DNA of 49,696 nucleotides. It comes from Hyphochytrium catenoides. Taxonomy: Eukaryota; Protista; Hyphochytriomycota. Position numbers and translations under genes: made by a program. Numbering within the stretch: the first letter of the stretch is position 1; every line of letters begins with the position of its first letter. Below are positions 10,296 through 21,700 of this stretch, piece by piece. The stretch covers positions 1 to 49,696 of the forward strand of contig FLMG01000366.1 of the NCBI GenBank assembly GCA_900088475.1. Reading direction: 5' to 3'. The notes below the pieces were generated by a model. The model was not told where the DNA came from. It did not search any database and saw nothing but the letters and a program-made list of their open reading frames with translations.

Positions 10296-13200
10296 CTAAG
10301 CAGTCTGGACTCCCCTTCGGGATCTGTTGTTTAAGGAGCTGACAGCAAGCCGTCCTGACGGTGGTGCATGTTTCTCATTATTTGTCCCTGTGAATTGAGC
10401 CGAAGAAGAGCCAATGAGTCCAGCAAAGGCGACAAAAAACAGTCAGAGATTAGGCAAAACCCTCTCTCTATATATATCTATGACCCACACCCACGTGCGA
10501 CAGCACTCTGCTCTTACGTGAAGTAGGAGCAGTCGTCTCTTCTTGATCTCTCGTTTTTCTGGTGGCGGCGGTGAGACCCGTCAGGCCTCGGAAGAGTCTT
10601 CCGACTCTGTTTGCTGCTTTGTTGTCATCCTGCTGACCCCTAGCGACGACAGTGAGCGGGTTACTCTCCCTAACGCCAGGGCTTCGTCATGGATGCCGGG
10701 GGACACTTACATTCCATCGCTCTCCTGCTGTCTTATTTCAGACGTTCTGGGCCTTGGCCCCTGTTCCTTTGCGAGCGGGCCTGGAGAGGATAAGAGCCGT
10801 CCCGTCCTGGGTCGACCACTGCGACCGTTCTCTACGGAGCGTCTGACTCCATCTTCTGTGTCCGGACCACGCTGAGGTCCGCCCTTCTTGTTGGTGGCAG
10901 AGGCGGCGGCGATGGACGCGGCTGAATAAGAAGGTAAGAAGTGATGCATAAGGATCGGCACCGAGAAAGGAGAGAGAGAGAGGGGCGAGCTGGTGAAGAC
11001 CTTACCTAAGCTACTGTTAGGCAGCAAGGGCGGCAAGAGCCTAGCAGCTGCACCGTCTTTCCTGGATCCTTTACCGCGCTCCTGTCGCCTTTCACTACGA
11101 AGAGGGGAAGAAGCGAAAAGAAAAAAAACAAAGTCACGTGAGTTGGCTGGCAGTCTAGAATGCTCTTTTTTCATGATCTCTCTTCCCTCTCTCTCTCTCT
11201 CTCTTCATATTCGCTCATTTATCTTTGCCTTTCCCGCCCCCTGACCAGCAGCATGTGACTGTTCTCACCTCGTGACTCCTCTCTCCGTCGCTGCTGCCTT
11301 CTTCGGCATCGCGTCTTTAGCGCGTCTTTGAGTTGCCGCTACTTCGACCTTTGACGGTGTTGTCCTTTGATTAGTGAGAATCGCTGGAGCCGGAGAAAAG
11401 CTGGCGCTTCCGGTTGTCTGCATGTCCTCCTCCGTGCTGTTTGCTAAGTAGAGACAAGAAAGACGACAACAGGAGTAGTGAGTTTGATGTGAAGCTTTCA
11501 TTACAAGCGGACAAGTGAGAGAGTAGCAGCAAACCCAACCAACCGCAAGAGAGATAAACGAGAGAGAGGTGGAAGCACCATGAGAGGTAGCAGAAAGGAC
11601 GTCCTGACCATTTAACAATGACACAGAACCAGAAGTGCCTGACTTCCTTCTTAACAGGCCCGTGGATTGCCACAGCCTCCTCGCCCGGTCCGTCTGTGCC
11701 TCCGATCGTAACCTTTCCGAACAGAGAGAGATATTCTTAGCAGCGCAGATGACGAAACATCACGCATCTGTCCTCTCCATTGTCTCGCAACGTTTCTCTT
11801 CCTTCCCTCCTCTCGCTTAGCCAGCTCTCTTGCCCTCTTTTGCTCTTCTTTCTGCTACTCTTTCTTCCCTCACTTGGGGGCTCTCCTTTCTCTATTTAGC
11901 CTCCACCCGTTTCCCTCTTTCTCAGAAGAGGCAAGTCAGACACTCACCCCACGCGTTCTGTCCGCTCATCATCCTGCTTCACAGGCTCTTCAGAAGAGGA
12001 GGTAGCGACCCGTTCGTGCCTCCCAAGCTCATCTGCTTCTTGTCCCTCGGTTGCGCTAACCGTAGAAGGAGCACCTGGAAGCCAAAGGAAGAAGGGAAGA
12101 AGCAAAATTGGTTGATGAGACAAGGGGAAGAGAGATGCTTAGGTTATTAGCATCTGAAGCGTCTCACCTTGGGAGATGGAAGGGGCTCTGTGGTCTGATC
12201 TCTCGCTGGGCCTTCTGATGATGCAAACTCCAGTGGATAGCAGCAGCCTGCTGACCCGACGCCGGGCCACTTCATCCTCCTCGTCTTGTGCGGCCCTGGA
12301 GGGGGAGAAACAGCTNNAATCTATGCACTTACCGCTTGCCCCTGGCGCTAGAGATTCTGGCCTTGTGTTGATCATTGGGCTGAGCTGCAGACACCACGGT
12401 GGCAGGAGGAGTAGCGCGCTCCGCCGGTCGGCTAGGGTTTCCTTCCTTCCTTTTCTCCTCCTCCTCCTTGGCTGCTACACCTAGCCCTATTTCAAAAACA
12501 AGCAGCCAAGTTAGACAAGAGCATTAACAGTGGCTTCTGACGACAGAGACTGTCAACAGAGGGTAACACACACACACACAAACACACAGAGCATTATGGC
12601 GACAAGAGGGCTGAAGAACTGACCATGGGAGGATAAAGGCGGTGGGGCAGGCAAGGCAACTTCTGCCTTGCGCTGCAAGAGTCCACTAGATCGCCACAGC
12701 CTTCTCGCGCGGTCCTGAGACTCCTTCTTCTGTCCACTGCCGTGAACAGGAGGGAGGACGGTCAGCAGAAGACTTTACTGGCTAGCTTGGGTCTGGTCGG
12801 AGGAGTCTCTCTCCTTCTCTCTCTCTCTTCTGCTCCAGTGCGTTCTCTCACTCTCCTTGCGCTTCCGCCGTGACCCTCACTATGGTGGCCGTCAGTCCGC
12901 TTTGCCAACGTACCTAGTGCTTTTTGCCAGCTTTTGCTTCTCAGTCACTTCTGAGGACTGCACCGTTGCTGCTGTCGTTGGCAGAGCCTCTGCTGGCGCT
13001 CTCTTCGTGTTTATACGAGGAGGAGGAAGGACAGGGGAAAGGCGTCCAGAAGCAGGACGAGAAGCGGCCAACCCTCCCTTCTCGCTCTCCTCTTTGGGGA
13101 CAGAAGGAGAATGTCTTAGAGGCGACCGCGGAGAGAGAGAGAAAACCGCTATGTCAAGCGAAGAGATCATCAAGATAATGAGAGAAATGAGGAGGAGCGA

Positions 13201-16200
13201 CGGACATAATGGAAGAAAGGTGTAAAGGAGAGAAAAAAGAGGGACAAGCAAAAGGAGATAACTGAGTAAAGACTGACCTTGGGATGGAGAAGTGGAGGCG
13301 GAGGGAGTCCGAGCCTGGATCCTCTTGCTGCTGAGCCCGCTGGCTCCCCAAAGCCTCCTAGCACGGGTCTGGATCTGCTCCCGCTCCCTGCAATCTTTGC
13401 TTAGTAGTCCGCTCGCTTTTCTTTCTCTCTCTCTCTCTCTCTCTCTCACAAGTCACTTGGCCTGTAGGTGCTCGTCCTACCGTGCGTCGTCACTGTGAGC
13501 GTTCACTCGTGGAGGTTCTCCCTGGTTCTTCCCTTGGCTGTCCGCCATCCCTTCGATTTCAGGCTCCATAGCCTCCCTCCCGCGGCTGATAAGAGAATGA
13601 GGACAAGAAAATCGAAGGTATGGAGAGAGAGAGGTGGAAGGGAGAAGGAGTTAGAAAGGAAAAAAGATGACTAGACAGGTGACTTCGATACTCCGCCTGC
13701 ATATATTGCTGTGCGCCCATCATAGACACTCTCTTTCTCTCAAAGCTTCTCTCTCTTTCTTCTCCCTCTCTTCTCTCTATACGTTCTGCTTTCATTCTCT
13801 GTTTCTAGTCGTGACCAACCTGATGCGAGAGGGCTCACTCCTCGTCTGCACGACCAGTCCAGGTGTTCTAGCAGCGCTGCCTGGAAGATAGTGGTCTGCT
13901 GCAGACGTAGAGATGGTACATAAGGCAAAGTGACAGGGATGAGAGGAGAAAGGAAGGAAAGGGCCACAAACTTAGCAGCGACAAAGAAGAGAGAAGGAGG
14001 CTCCAACTGATAGAGAGAGGTCTTGAAACAGGGGAGTAAAGCAGAGAGGGAGAGAACGACAAGGCGGAACGAGGAGGCCAACAACAAGATACTTTGAAGA
14101 GAGAGAGAGAGAGAGAGAGAGAGACCACAGACCAGAAGCTAGGGAGAGGGAGAAGGGCAAGACGATTTGAATATTGAAGCTTATGTTCAGGAGCTACCTG
14201 CAGGAAGAACAGCCACCGACAGAAGAGAAACAACGGGAGAGTCTCTTTCTTCCTTTGGGCTGCTGACACTCTTCTCCTGTCCAGCTACTTCCGTGATGGA
14301 ACCAGCACTGTGGCAGCGGGAGGAAGCGACAGATGAGACAGAGAGAGACTATGATGCGACTGACATAGGAAGCTCAGGGAACGAAGGAAAGGGAAGGACT
14401 TTACTCCTGACTTCTGCTTGTTGTGCCCTCATTCATCTCTCTCTCTCTCTCTTCTTTCGAGTTCCTTCCTTCCTGACCTCATGTTCTTACCTAGGGGGCT
14501 CATCCTTGTGATTCTCCTCTTCTGCAGCGGAAAGGCAGAGGGTACTCCCCGTCACAGAACCAGAAAGAGAGAGAGAAAGAGGGACACACGCCGCTGCAAA
14601 GGAAAGAAAGAGAGAAAGAGCGAGAGCGAGAGCGAGAGAGAGAGAGAGAGAGAGTTAAGTCAAGCGAGAGCGCAGACGAAAGACTGGCAGGGAATAACAG
14701 GATACAAGGCCTGGGATCCGGAAAGAAGAGAGAGAGGAGAGAGAGATAACGCACCTGTTGGGAGCTCGGTCACTGGGGGCGCTCCGTCTACGTGTTGCTC
14801 GGTTTCGGTGGTGCTGGTCGTCCTTTTCTCCGCCTCATCCTGGCGCTTTCTTGCTACTTGAGCAAGAACTGAGTCCAGGAACTGGACAGCCACGATCATC
14901 CTGTGGGAGCTTTGTCAACAACAGGGACATCAACTTCTCGCACAGATGACTCTCTATGTCTCTCTCTCAATCTCTCTCTCTCTCTCTCTCTCTTACTCTA
15001 CGTTACCTGTTGTTGGCAGCTTCCTCCTCTGTTGGCCCGACCGAGGACACACTAGTAGCAGTCTCTTGTGGCTTTTCCTCTTCTTTGGAAGTCTCAACTG
15101 GGTAAGACGAAAGAGGACGTTGTGTGCGTTGAGAGAGAGAGAGACAGAGAAAGAGAGAGAGAAGGGTTGTTTGAAAGATCATCAAGGAAGACAGGACAGA
15201 GAGCACAGCGCCAAGGTCGCCGCTAGGAAGTAGAGAGGGAAATCGGCTGCCAGGCCCATCTCCAGTCAGTGAAAGAAAGACAGAAACTGAGGCGCAGAGG
15301 ATTACACAGAGAGAGAGCGACAGAAGGAGAGAGAGAGAGAGAGAGAGATGGTACCTGCAGCGAGCTGGAGCACTGCGTGATTTCCTTCTTCTTGTTGCTC
15401 GCCGGTGCTGCTATTCTCCTCGCTCCCCTTTCCTTCGAGCTGCAGCCGGGTTGTGACTTCCGCGATAAGAAAGTCCAGCATTTGAGTGGCCACACTCCTC
15501 ATCCTGCCATTGTTGTGAGAGCCCCTCGCTGTCAGTGACACCAGCAGCACCAGCGATAGCGCGCTTTGCTCTCTATTTCTCTCCTCACCCTCTCTGTCGC
15601 CTGGCAGACCTCCTTTCTCTCTTTTATTCTCTGGGAATAGTTATCTTTTTGCTCCTTTCTCTCTCGCTTTCATCGCCATGTTCTCTCTCCCTCTTTCTCC
15701 ATCTTTCTTCCTACCCGTCTTCCCCGGTATTGCTTTGCTTCTCTCTCTCCCTTACAGAGCCTGATTTACCTGACGACGTCTGCTTCTTCGTCCTCCGGCG
15801 CCTTTCCCTGAGGAAAAATAGCAGCGAGAAGAGCCTGATCTGCACTCCTCTTCGATGAGATCTGTTCCGCTTGGTCTGTGCCTTGTAAAGTGAGAGCGAG
15901 ACAGAGAGTGAAAGAGGAGAAAGAGAGAGAGTGTGAGAGCTTAGAAAATGTCACTAAGCGAAAAAGTGTATGTCCGTCACCTGGTTCTCCCTCCTCGATT
16001 TGAAGCAGAAGAGATGAGGCAGCAGAAAGAGACAGATGATCCTCTTCCTTCTCAGGGCCAGCAGCAACAGCTGACAGAGATGATGGAAGGGAAAGAGAGA
16101 TTGGAGCTGTCTCTCTCTCCATTTCCGGGTCATAAGGCTCAGACTTTGTCTCCTCCTCAGCCACAGCAGCCATAGATGGAGGAGGGAGAAGGACTTGCGC

Positions 16201-18057
16201 TCTTGGGACCTCGATCACCGGTGCGTGCGGCTCAAGTTTCTTGTCCAGAAGAGAAAAGAAGAGAAGGTTCCAGCGGGACAACGCCCTCTCACTTCTTTCT
16301 CTTTTCACAGCAGCCAAGGCAGCAACTCTGTCCTTGATTTCTACGAAGAGAGGAAGACGGGAGGCTCGAGCGAAAGAGAGAGATCTGATTCTATCATCCC
16401 TGACAGCCCAGGCAGTCATTAGATCCTTCCACAGAGGAAGGGACGCCACCCACAAGCGGAGAGTCTTTCTCTCCTTTCTCAGAGCCGCCATATGGGTAGC
16501 CAGTTGCTTCAGCTCTGCGGAGAGAGAGGGAGAGAGCCTTCCCTTTGCGAAACGGTTTGCCCTTGCTTGTCTTTCTGCTGCCAGTGAGATAAGCTCTTGG
16601 AACAAAGAGAGACGTTGACATTTCCTCTTGTTCCTTTGAGAGACCATCTTTGCAGCCGCTGCAGGGAGCAGATCTGCCAAAAGAGAGCGGAGAGTCTGTT
16701 GCACTCTTTCTCTCTCCTCCGTTGTGGAAGATCGTTCCTGGTACGCTCTGCGGAGGTCTGCGGAGAGAGAGGAAGAGAGCCTTCCCTTAGCAAAAAGGTC
16801 TGCTCTTGCTTGTCTTTCTGTTGCCAGTGAGATAAGCTCCTGGAACAAAGAGAGACGTTGACATTTCCTTTTGTTCCTTTGAGAGACCATCTTTGCAGCC
16901 GCTGCAGGGAGCAGATCTGCCAAAAGAGAGCGGAGAGTCCGTTGCAATGTTTCTTTCTCCTCCCTTTGAGTGGATCGTTCATGGTATGCTCTGCGGAGAT
17001 CTGTCAANNNNNNNNNNNNNNNNNNNNNNNNNNNNNNNNNNNNNNNNNNNNNNNNNNNNNNNNNNNNNNNNNNNNNNNNNNNNNNNNNNNNNNNNNNNNN
17101 NNNNNNNNNNNNNNNNNNNNNNNNNNNNNNNNNNNNNNNNNNNNNNNNNNNNNNNNNNNNNNNNNNNNNNNNNNNNNNNNNNNNNNNNNNNNNNNNNNNN
17201 NNNNNNNNNNNNNNNNNNNNNNNNNNNNNNNNNNNNNNNNNNNNNNNNNNNNNNNNNNNNNNNNNNNNNNNNNNNNNNNNNNNNNNNNNNNNNNNNNNNN
17301 NNNNCGCTCTGCGGAGGTCTGTCAAGAGAAAACAGAGTCTTTGCCTAGTTTCTTCCTCACGCAGTCTGCGGGCAGCCCTTTCTCTTGCTACTGACATTAG
17401 ATCTTGAAAGAGAGAGAGTGTGCTCGGTTGGGAAAGGAGTCTTGCTCTCTCTTCTCTCCTGGCAATCCTAGCACTAGCTTCACGGACAACCTCTTCCAGG
17501 ACCGTCAGAGGGAGAATAAAGAGAGAGAGAACTTGCCTTCTGGCAGCTCTCTCGGCAGCAAGTGCCACCAATTCGTTGAACAAAGACACGGGCCTTGAAA
17601 GCGAGAGACGCCTTGCTCTTTCCTCTCTCCTCAGAAAGCTGTCCCTACCTGCCTGCAGAAGTTCCCTATGGAGACAGGAAGGAAATCTGACGGAGGAAAG
17701 AAGGAACAACGCTCTCTCTTCCCATCTTTCAGCCCTCCGAGCGGCAGCCTCGGCGAGTTCCAGAGAGAGACACGGTGGGAGCCGAGAGAGTGCCGAGAGA
17801 GGGATGACGTAGGTCGCTCTCCTATTCGCCCTCTCAGCCGCTGCGAGAAGGAGCTCGTCCTTGAGGGAGAGCGGCAGCCATTGTTGAAAGGTTCCTCCTC
17901 TTTGTTTGGTCTCCCGGTGCCGGTATGTCACTACCGCAAGAGTAGTGACACAAAGCGCTAGTGGAGGATAGAGCGGGGAAGATGCGATAAGGATCGCAGG
18001 GAAGACTGACTGGCAGACCGCCAGCGCTGCCTCCCGAAGGGACAGACCTCCCCTCAT
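10296..18057 (-). CDS. Large orphan 21-exon gene: N-terminal hydrophobic anchor, helical repeat array and tandem exon-pair modules (~1,530 codons including the N gap)
   Basis: Hand-spliced exons, all GT-AG and frame-consistent: 18057-15981, 15881-15770, 15503-15355, 15097-15007, 14900-14755, 14521-14491, 14307-14198, 13898-13820, 13585-13481, 13387-13278, 13148-12914, 12736-12624, 12486-12333, 12295-12168, 12074-11948, 11712-11609, 11443-11269, 11094-11006, 10921-10711, 10669-10518, 10387-10296 (TAG). Repeated peptide motifs fall in the predicted frames. The last exon and the exon 6 acceptor are least certain. Confidence 0.72.
16500..17330 (-). repeat. 243-bp (81-aa) near-identical coding tandem repeat next to a 297-N gap
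   Basis: ccagtgagataagctc..ggaacaaagagagacgttgacatttcc occurs at 16581 and 16824. Both gap flanks (Ns 17008-17304) carry gctctgcggag.tctgtcaa, consistent with collapsed extra copies. Confidence 0.9.
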
Positions 18058-19499
18058 AATATCCCTTGCTGCCTCCTAAGAGGCCAATAAGAGAGACCAA
18101 AGAAGAGATGAAGAGATGGGGAGAGATCAAGAGAGTAAAAGCGTAAAAGAGTAAAAGACCACGGCTAGAAAGACAATAAAGACGTTTAGGCCTAAAGGTT
18201 CAGAGCTTGGGAAAGCTGATCGCTATCGTCCTCCCCTACAACTCGAGCTGTAGAAGAGGGACTGCTGATCTTTGAGGAGGTCAAACTCCACGGAGACGGA
18301 AACGCGCTTCCATCCGCGGAGAGTGCGCTCTTTAGAAAGGTCGAAAGACGGCGGAGCTTTGCCAAGGGTCGCCATATCTAAGGGAAGAGCAAAGGAAAGA
18401 CACAGAGAGAGAGATAGAGAGAGTGTGAGAGCGGGAAGAAAGATACAGAGGAGGCAAGATGAGTAAGAGAGATAAGGTGACAGGGAGCGAAACAGAGAAC
18501 AGAGAGAGAGAGAGGGGAAAGGAAGAGAACGAGAGAGAAGAAGAAAAGAGCCTGGGAGAAAGAGTAAGCAAGAGAGAGAGAGAGATATGAAGAGGCTAGA
18601 GAGCGAGACGAACGCCACTGACTGTCATGAAAGATTCCCTCTGTTATCTTTCCAGATAATCGCTTCCTCGTGACCGCTCTGTCTAGTCTTAGCCTGAATG
18701 TTTCCGCTCTGCTCTTCGTTGCAACTCTCTGTGAGGGCAATCCGCCGCCTGCCGTTGGCTCCAGGGATGGATCTTTCTTTTATCTCTCCTCGCCAAGTTT
18801 GAACTTGCTACCTGATCTCGCATGGGCTCTGACTTTTGTCTTTTATAGGCTAACACCCTTCATCTTGGTCTTTCTCTCTTTGCTCTTTCTTTTTGAGTCT
18901 TGGCCCNNNNNNNNNNNNNNNNNNNNNNNNNNNNNNNNNNNNNNNNNNNNNNNNNNNNNNNNNNNNNNNNTCTCGTGGGGTATCTGTCTTCCTGGCTCTT
19001 GTGTTTCTGTCTCGGTTGTATCTCTTCTTTATGGTCTCCACCTCAGTATTTGAATTCTACTCTGTCTGGACGGCCGGTCTATCTCGTGCTACCTATCAAC
19101 CTATCTCTTCTCTCAGTCTGTCTCTCTTCCTCCTACATCAATGTCCCAAGGGTATCAGAGGTGCTGTATTCCTAACATAAATACAGCATCTCCTGCCCCT
19201 TCCTCCCCTCCCTTCCTGTCTCTCTCCTCTTGCCAGTAACCGCCCGCATAAGATCCCCACCTTATCGCCTAAATTCCCCTAAATATATGTAGGCAGTTTT
19301 AGAACCAACAACGCATTGCTCAACCTCACTCCTGGGGGAGGTCAGAAATCTCCAGCTGATACTTGTACGAAAACAAGGCGAGACTCTTTCCAACCACTTC
19401 TAGTTTACAAATTCGGTTCGTTGTGCGCAGCTTGGCAAGTGAGATACTATTTGACCGATATTAGCGCCGGTGCCGAAGATAGCTCTCTCTCCTCTGTAC

Positions 19500-20650
19500 A
19501 TAGAGTGATAGAGAGTGTAAAACAGTAGTAGAGAAAGAGGAGAAAGTCTAGGTGTGACGGTTCACTTTTCAGAACTGGCGCGAGACAGAGAAAAGGCAGG
19601 GACCAAGATTGGGTATAGAAAGAAGAAGAGCGAAGAGAGAGAGCCGACGATGGTGGAGCTGACCTATGGACAAATAAGAGACAGAGCCACTGCGAGGCAA
19701 GGAGCATACTCACGCTTGATGAGCAGAAGAGAAGACAAGAGAAAGATGACTCGCCCACGGAGCTAACGACAGACGAGCCCGGAGACTGTTATAAAAAGTA
19801 ACAAAGAAGAGTAGAGCTCTCTCTAGGGCCAGCGGTGCAGCTACCTGCTTCGTCGTCCCCTCTCTATACTGTACTCACCACAGCGCTCTCCCTGCTGTCT
19901 GGTTATCCTTTCTTCTGCCTGACTAGACTCTATGCTGTCGCAGTCTCTCCCTTTTCCTCTTTCTCTCTCACTATCCATCTCTCTATCTTATTTTCCTACC
20001 CTCAAGAAACTAATCAAGGTAATATGGCGGGTCCATACTGCTGTAGCTCGCTGTAAATCTGCTGGGAAATTTTAAGAGAGAATTTAAGAGGTTGACAGGA
20101 GCCTCTGCAAGTGGATCCGCCATACTTTCCAGCCAAACCAATCGTAGTGTCGTCGTTCTCGCACTCTGTTACTCAGTCCCTTTTTCCCCACTTTTCTCTC
20201 CTTATTACCTCATTTCGAGAATCAGCTCTTGAAGTCGAGTCTTTGTTCTCTTCTCTCTTTGCCTCTGTCTCCATCGCTCCAGTGGTTTGATCAATCTCTT
20301 CTTCTCTCTCTTTTATTGGTCTCTTTCTTGGAAGCAGTAAAAGACGTGAGTGAAGGCTTTCTTCCCAAGAGAAGACTGCCCAGGTTGTCTGCAAAGCCCA
20401 TTCTCCTCGCGATAGCTATCGTATCTTAACCTCGCTATACCTTCTCTCACTCTCTCCGTCACTATACTCACGGTAGGAACATATAGACACCGTCACAACT
20501 AAAAGTGAGGAGAGGCTACCGGACCAATATCTCACTGTCTCAATAATTGAGTGGAGCTCCTCGTCACAGTGACTAGCATGGCGAGCAGAAGAAGAGCCAC
20601 CTGGCTGTTCTCTCCCTTTGTTATGACATAACCTCAGATCTCCCGCCGGC
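19500..20650 (+). pseudogene. Decayed, truncated 5' copy of the 18057 gene plus its upstream ~1 kb
   Basis: Translates LSVTILTVGTYRHRHN*K*G and VELLVTVTSMASRRRATW, versus LCVTTLAVVTYRHRETKQRG and DELLLAAAERANRRATY in the intact gene. Contains stops and frameshifts. Confidence 0.7.
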
Positions 20651-20657
20651 GCCTACA

Positions 20658-21700
20658 TTAGTCTCTCTTCCCACTTTTTTCAGCCCTTCGAGCGGCAGCC
20701 TGACCGAAATTGAGAGAGAGGAACGCGGCTTGAACCTTGAGAAAGCCGGGAGAAATCAGATAGGGTGATCTCCTGCTCGCCGCTGCAAGGAGGAGCTCCT
20801 CCTTGAGCGAAAGTGACAGACAAGTCCGCAGCCCCCTCCTCCCTCTTGTGGTGACGTGACGGCGTCGCCAGGTTAGTGACAAAATGAGCGAGAAGAAGGG
20901 GTGACCAACCGATAGCTATTGCAGTGAGGATGGACTGGCAGATCTAGTAGGGAAGCTTCCTCTCATGTCTCTTACTGCCTTTTCCTAGAGGCCAAATAAG
21001 AGAGATAGAGAGAAGGGTTAAAGGGGAGGAGAGAGATGTGAAAGACAAAGAGATAGTAATGATTTGGTCAGAAGGCATAGTTAAGGAAGTAATGAGGAAC
21101 AGAGATGTTAGAGAGGCGAGAGGAGAAATAAACCGAGAGAGACAGCGGAAGAGAGAGAAGAAGAGGGAGGAAAACGGCAAAGAGTGAGAGAAACGATAAG
21201 AGATAGAGATTGTAAGGCACAAGTGATGAGCTGTGCTGACTTAGTGAGCGAAGCTAACGGATAACGCCGTCATGATAGATTTTCTCTCCCGAATTCCTCC
21301 CGCGGCAAATTGTTGACAGCTGCTAACCTGATTTTCCACGATACTCTTCGCTGCCATTCTCTCTGCGGACCTTTCTCTTTTCTCTCCTGACAGACCTTGA
21401 ACTTGCTGCCTAGTCTCGCATGGCTCTGCCTGTTGCCTTGTCCATTCTTTATAGACACCTCTTGATCTGCGTCTGTCTCTCTTCGCTGGTACTATTATTC
21501 CAATCTGATCCCTTCTGCTCCTCCCTGTCTCACGAGGATCCTGCGGCAGAACTGTGACCACAATCTACCGCCTCGCTCTCTACTACTTTTGACCAACACC
21601 AGAAGTCTACAGCTATCTCTTCTGAGTGGATTGTCTTGATTTCTCCTCCAGTCCCTATCACCTTCTCGTGGTACTGCTTGTGGCTTTGTCTTTCGCGGTA
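20658..21700 (-). pseudogene. Second decayed 5' copy of the 18057 gene plus upstream region
   Basis: CLSLSLKEELLLAAASRR and QAAARRAEK match WLPLSLKDELLLAAAER and EAAARRAER. Nucleotide matches: gaggccaaataagagaga (20988) vs gaggccaataagagaga (18080), and gaacttgctgcctagtctcgcatgg (21399) vs gaacttgctacctgatctcgcatgg (18801). Confidence 0.75.
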
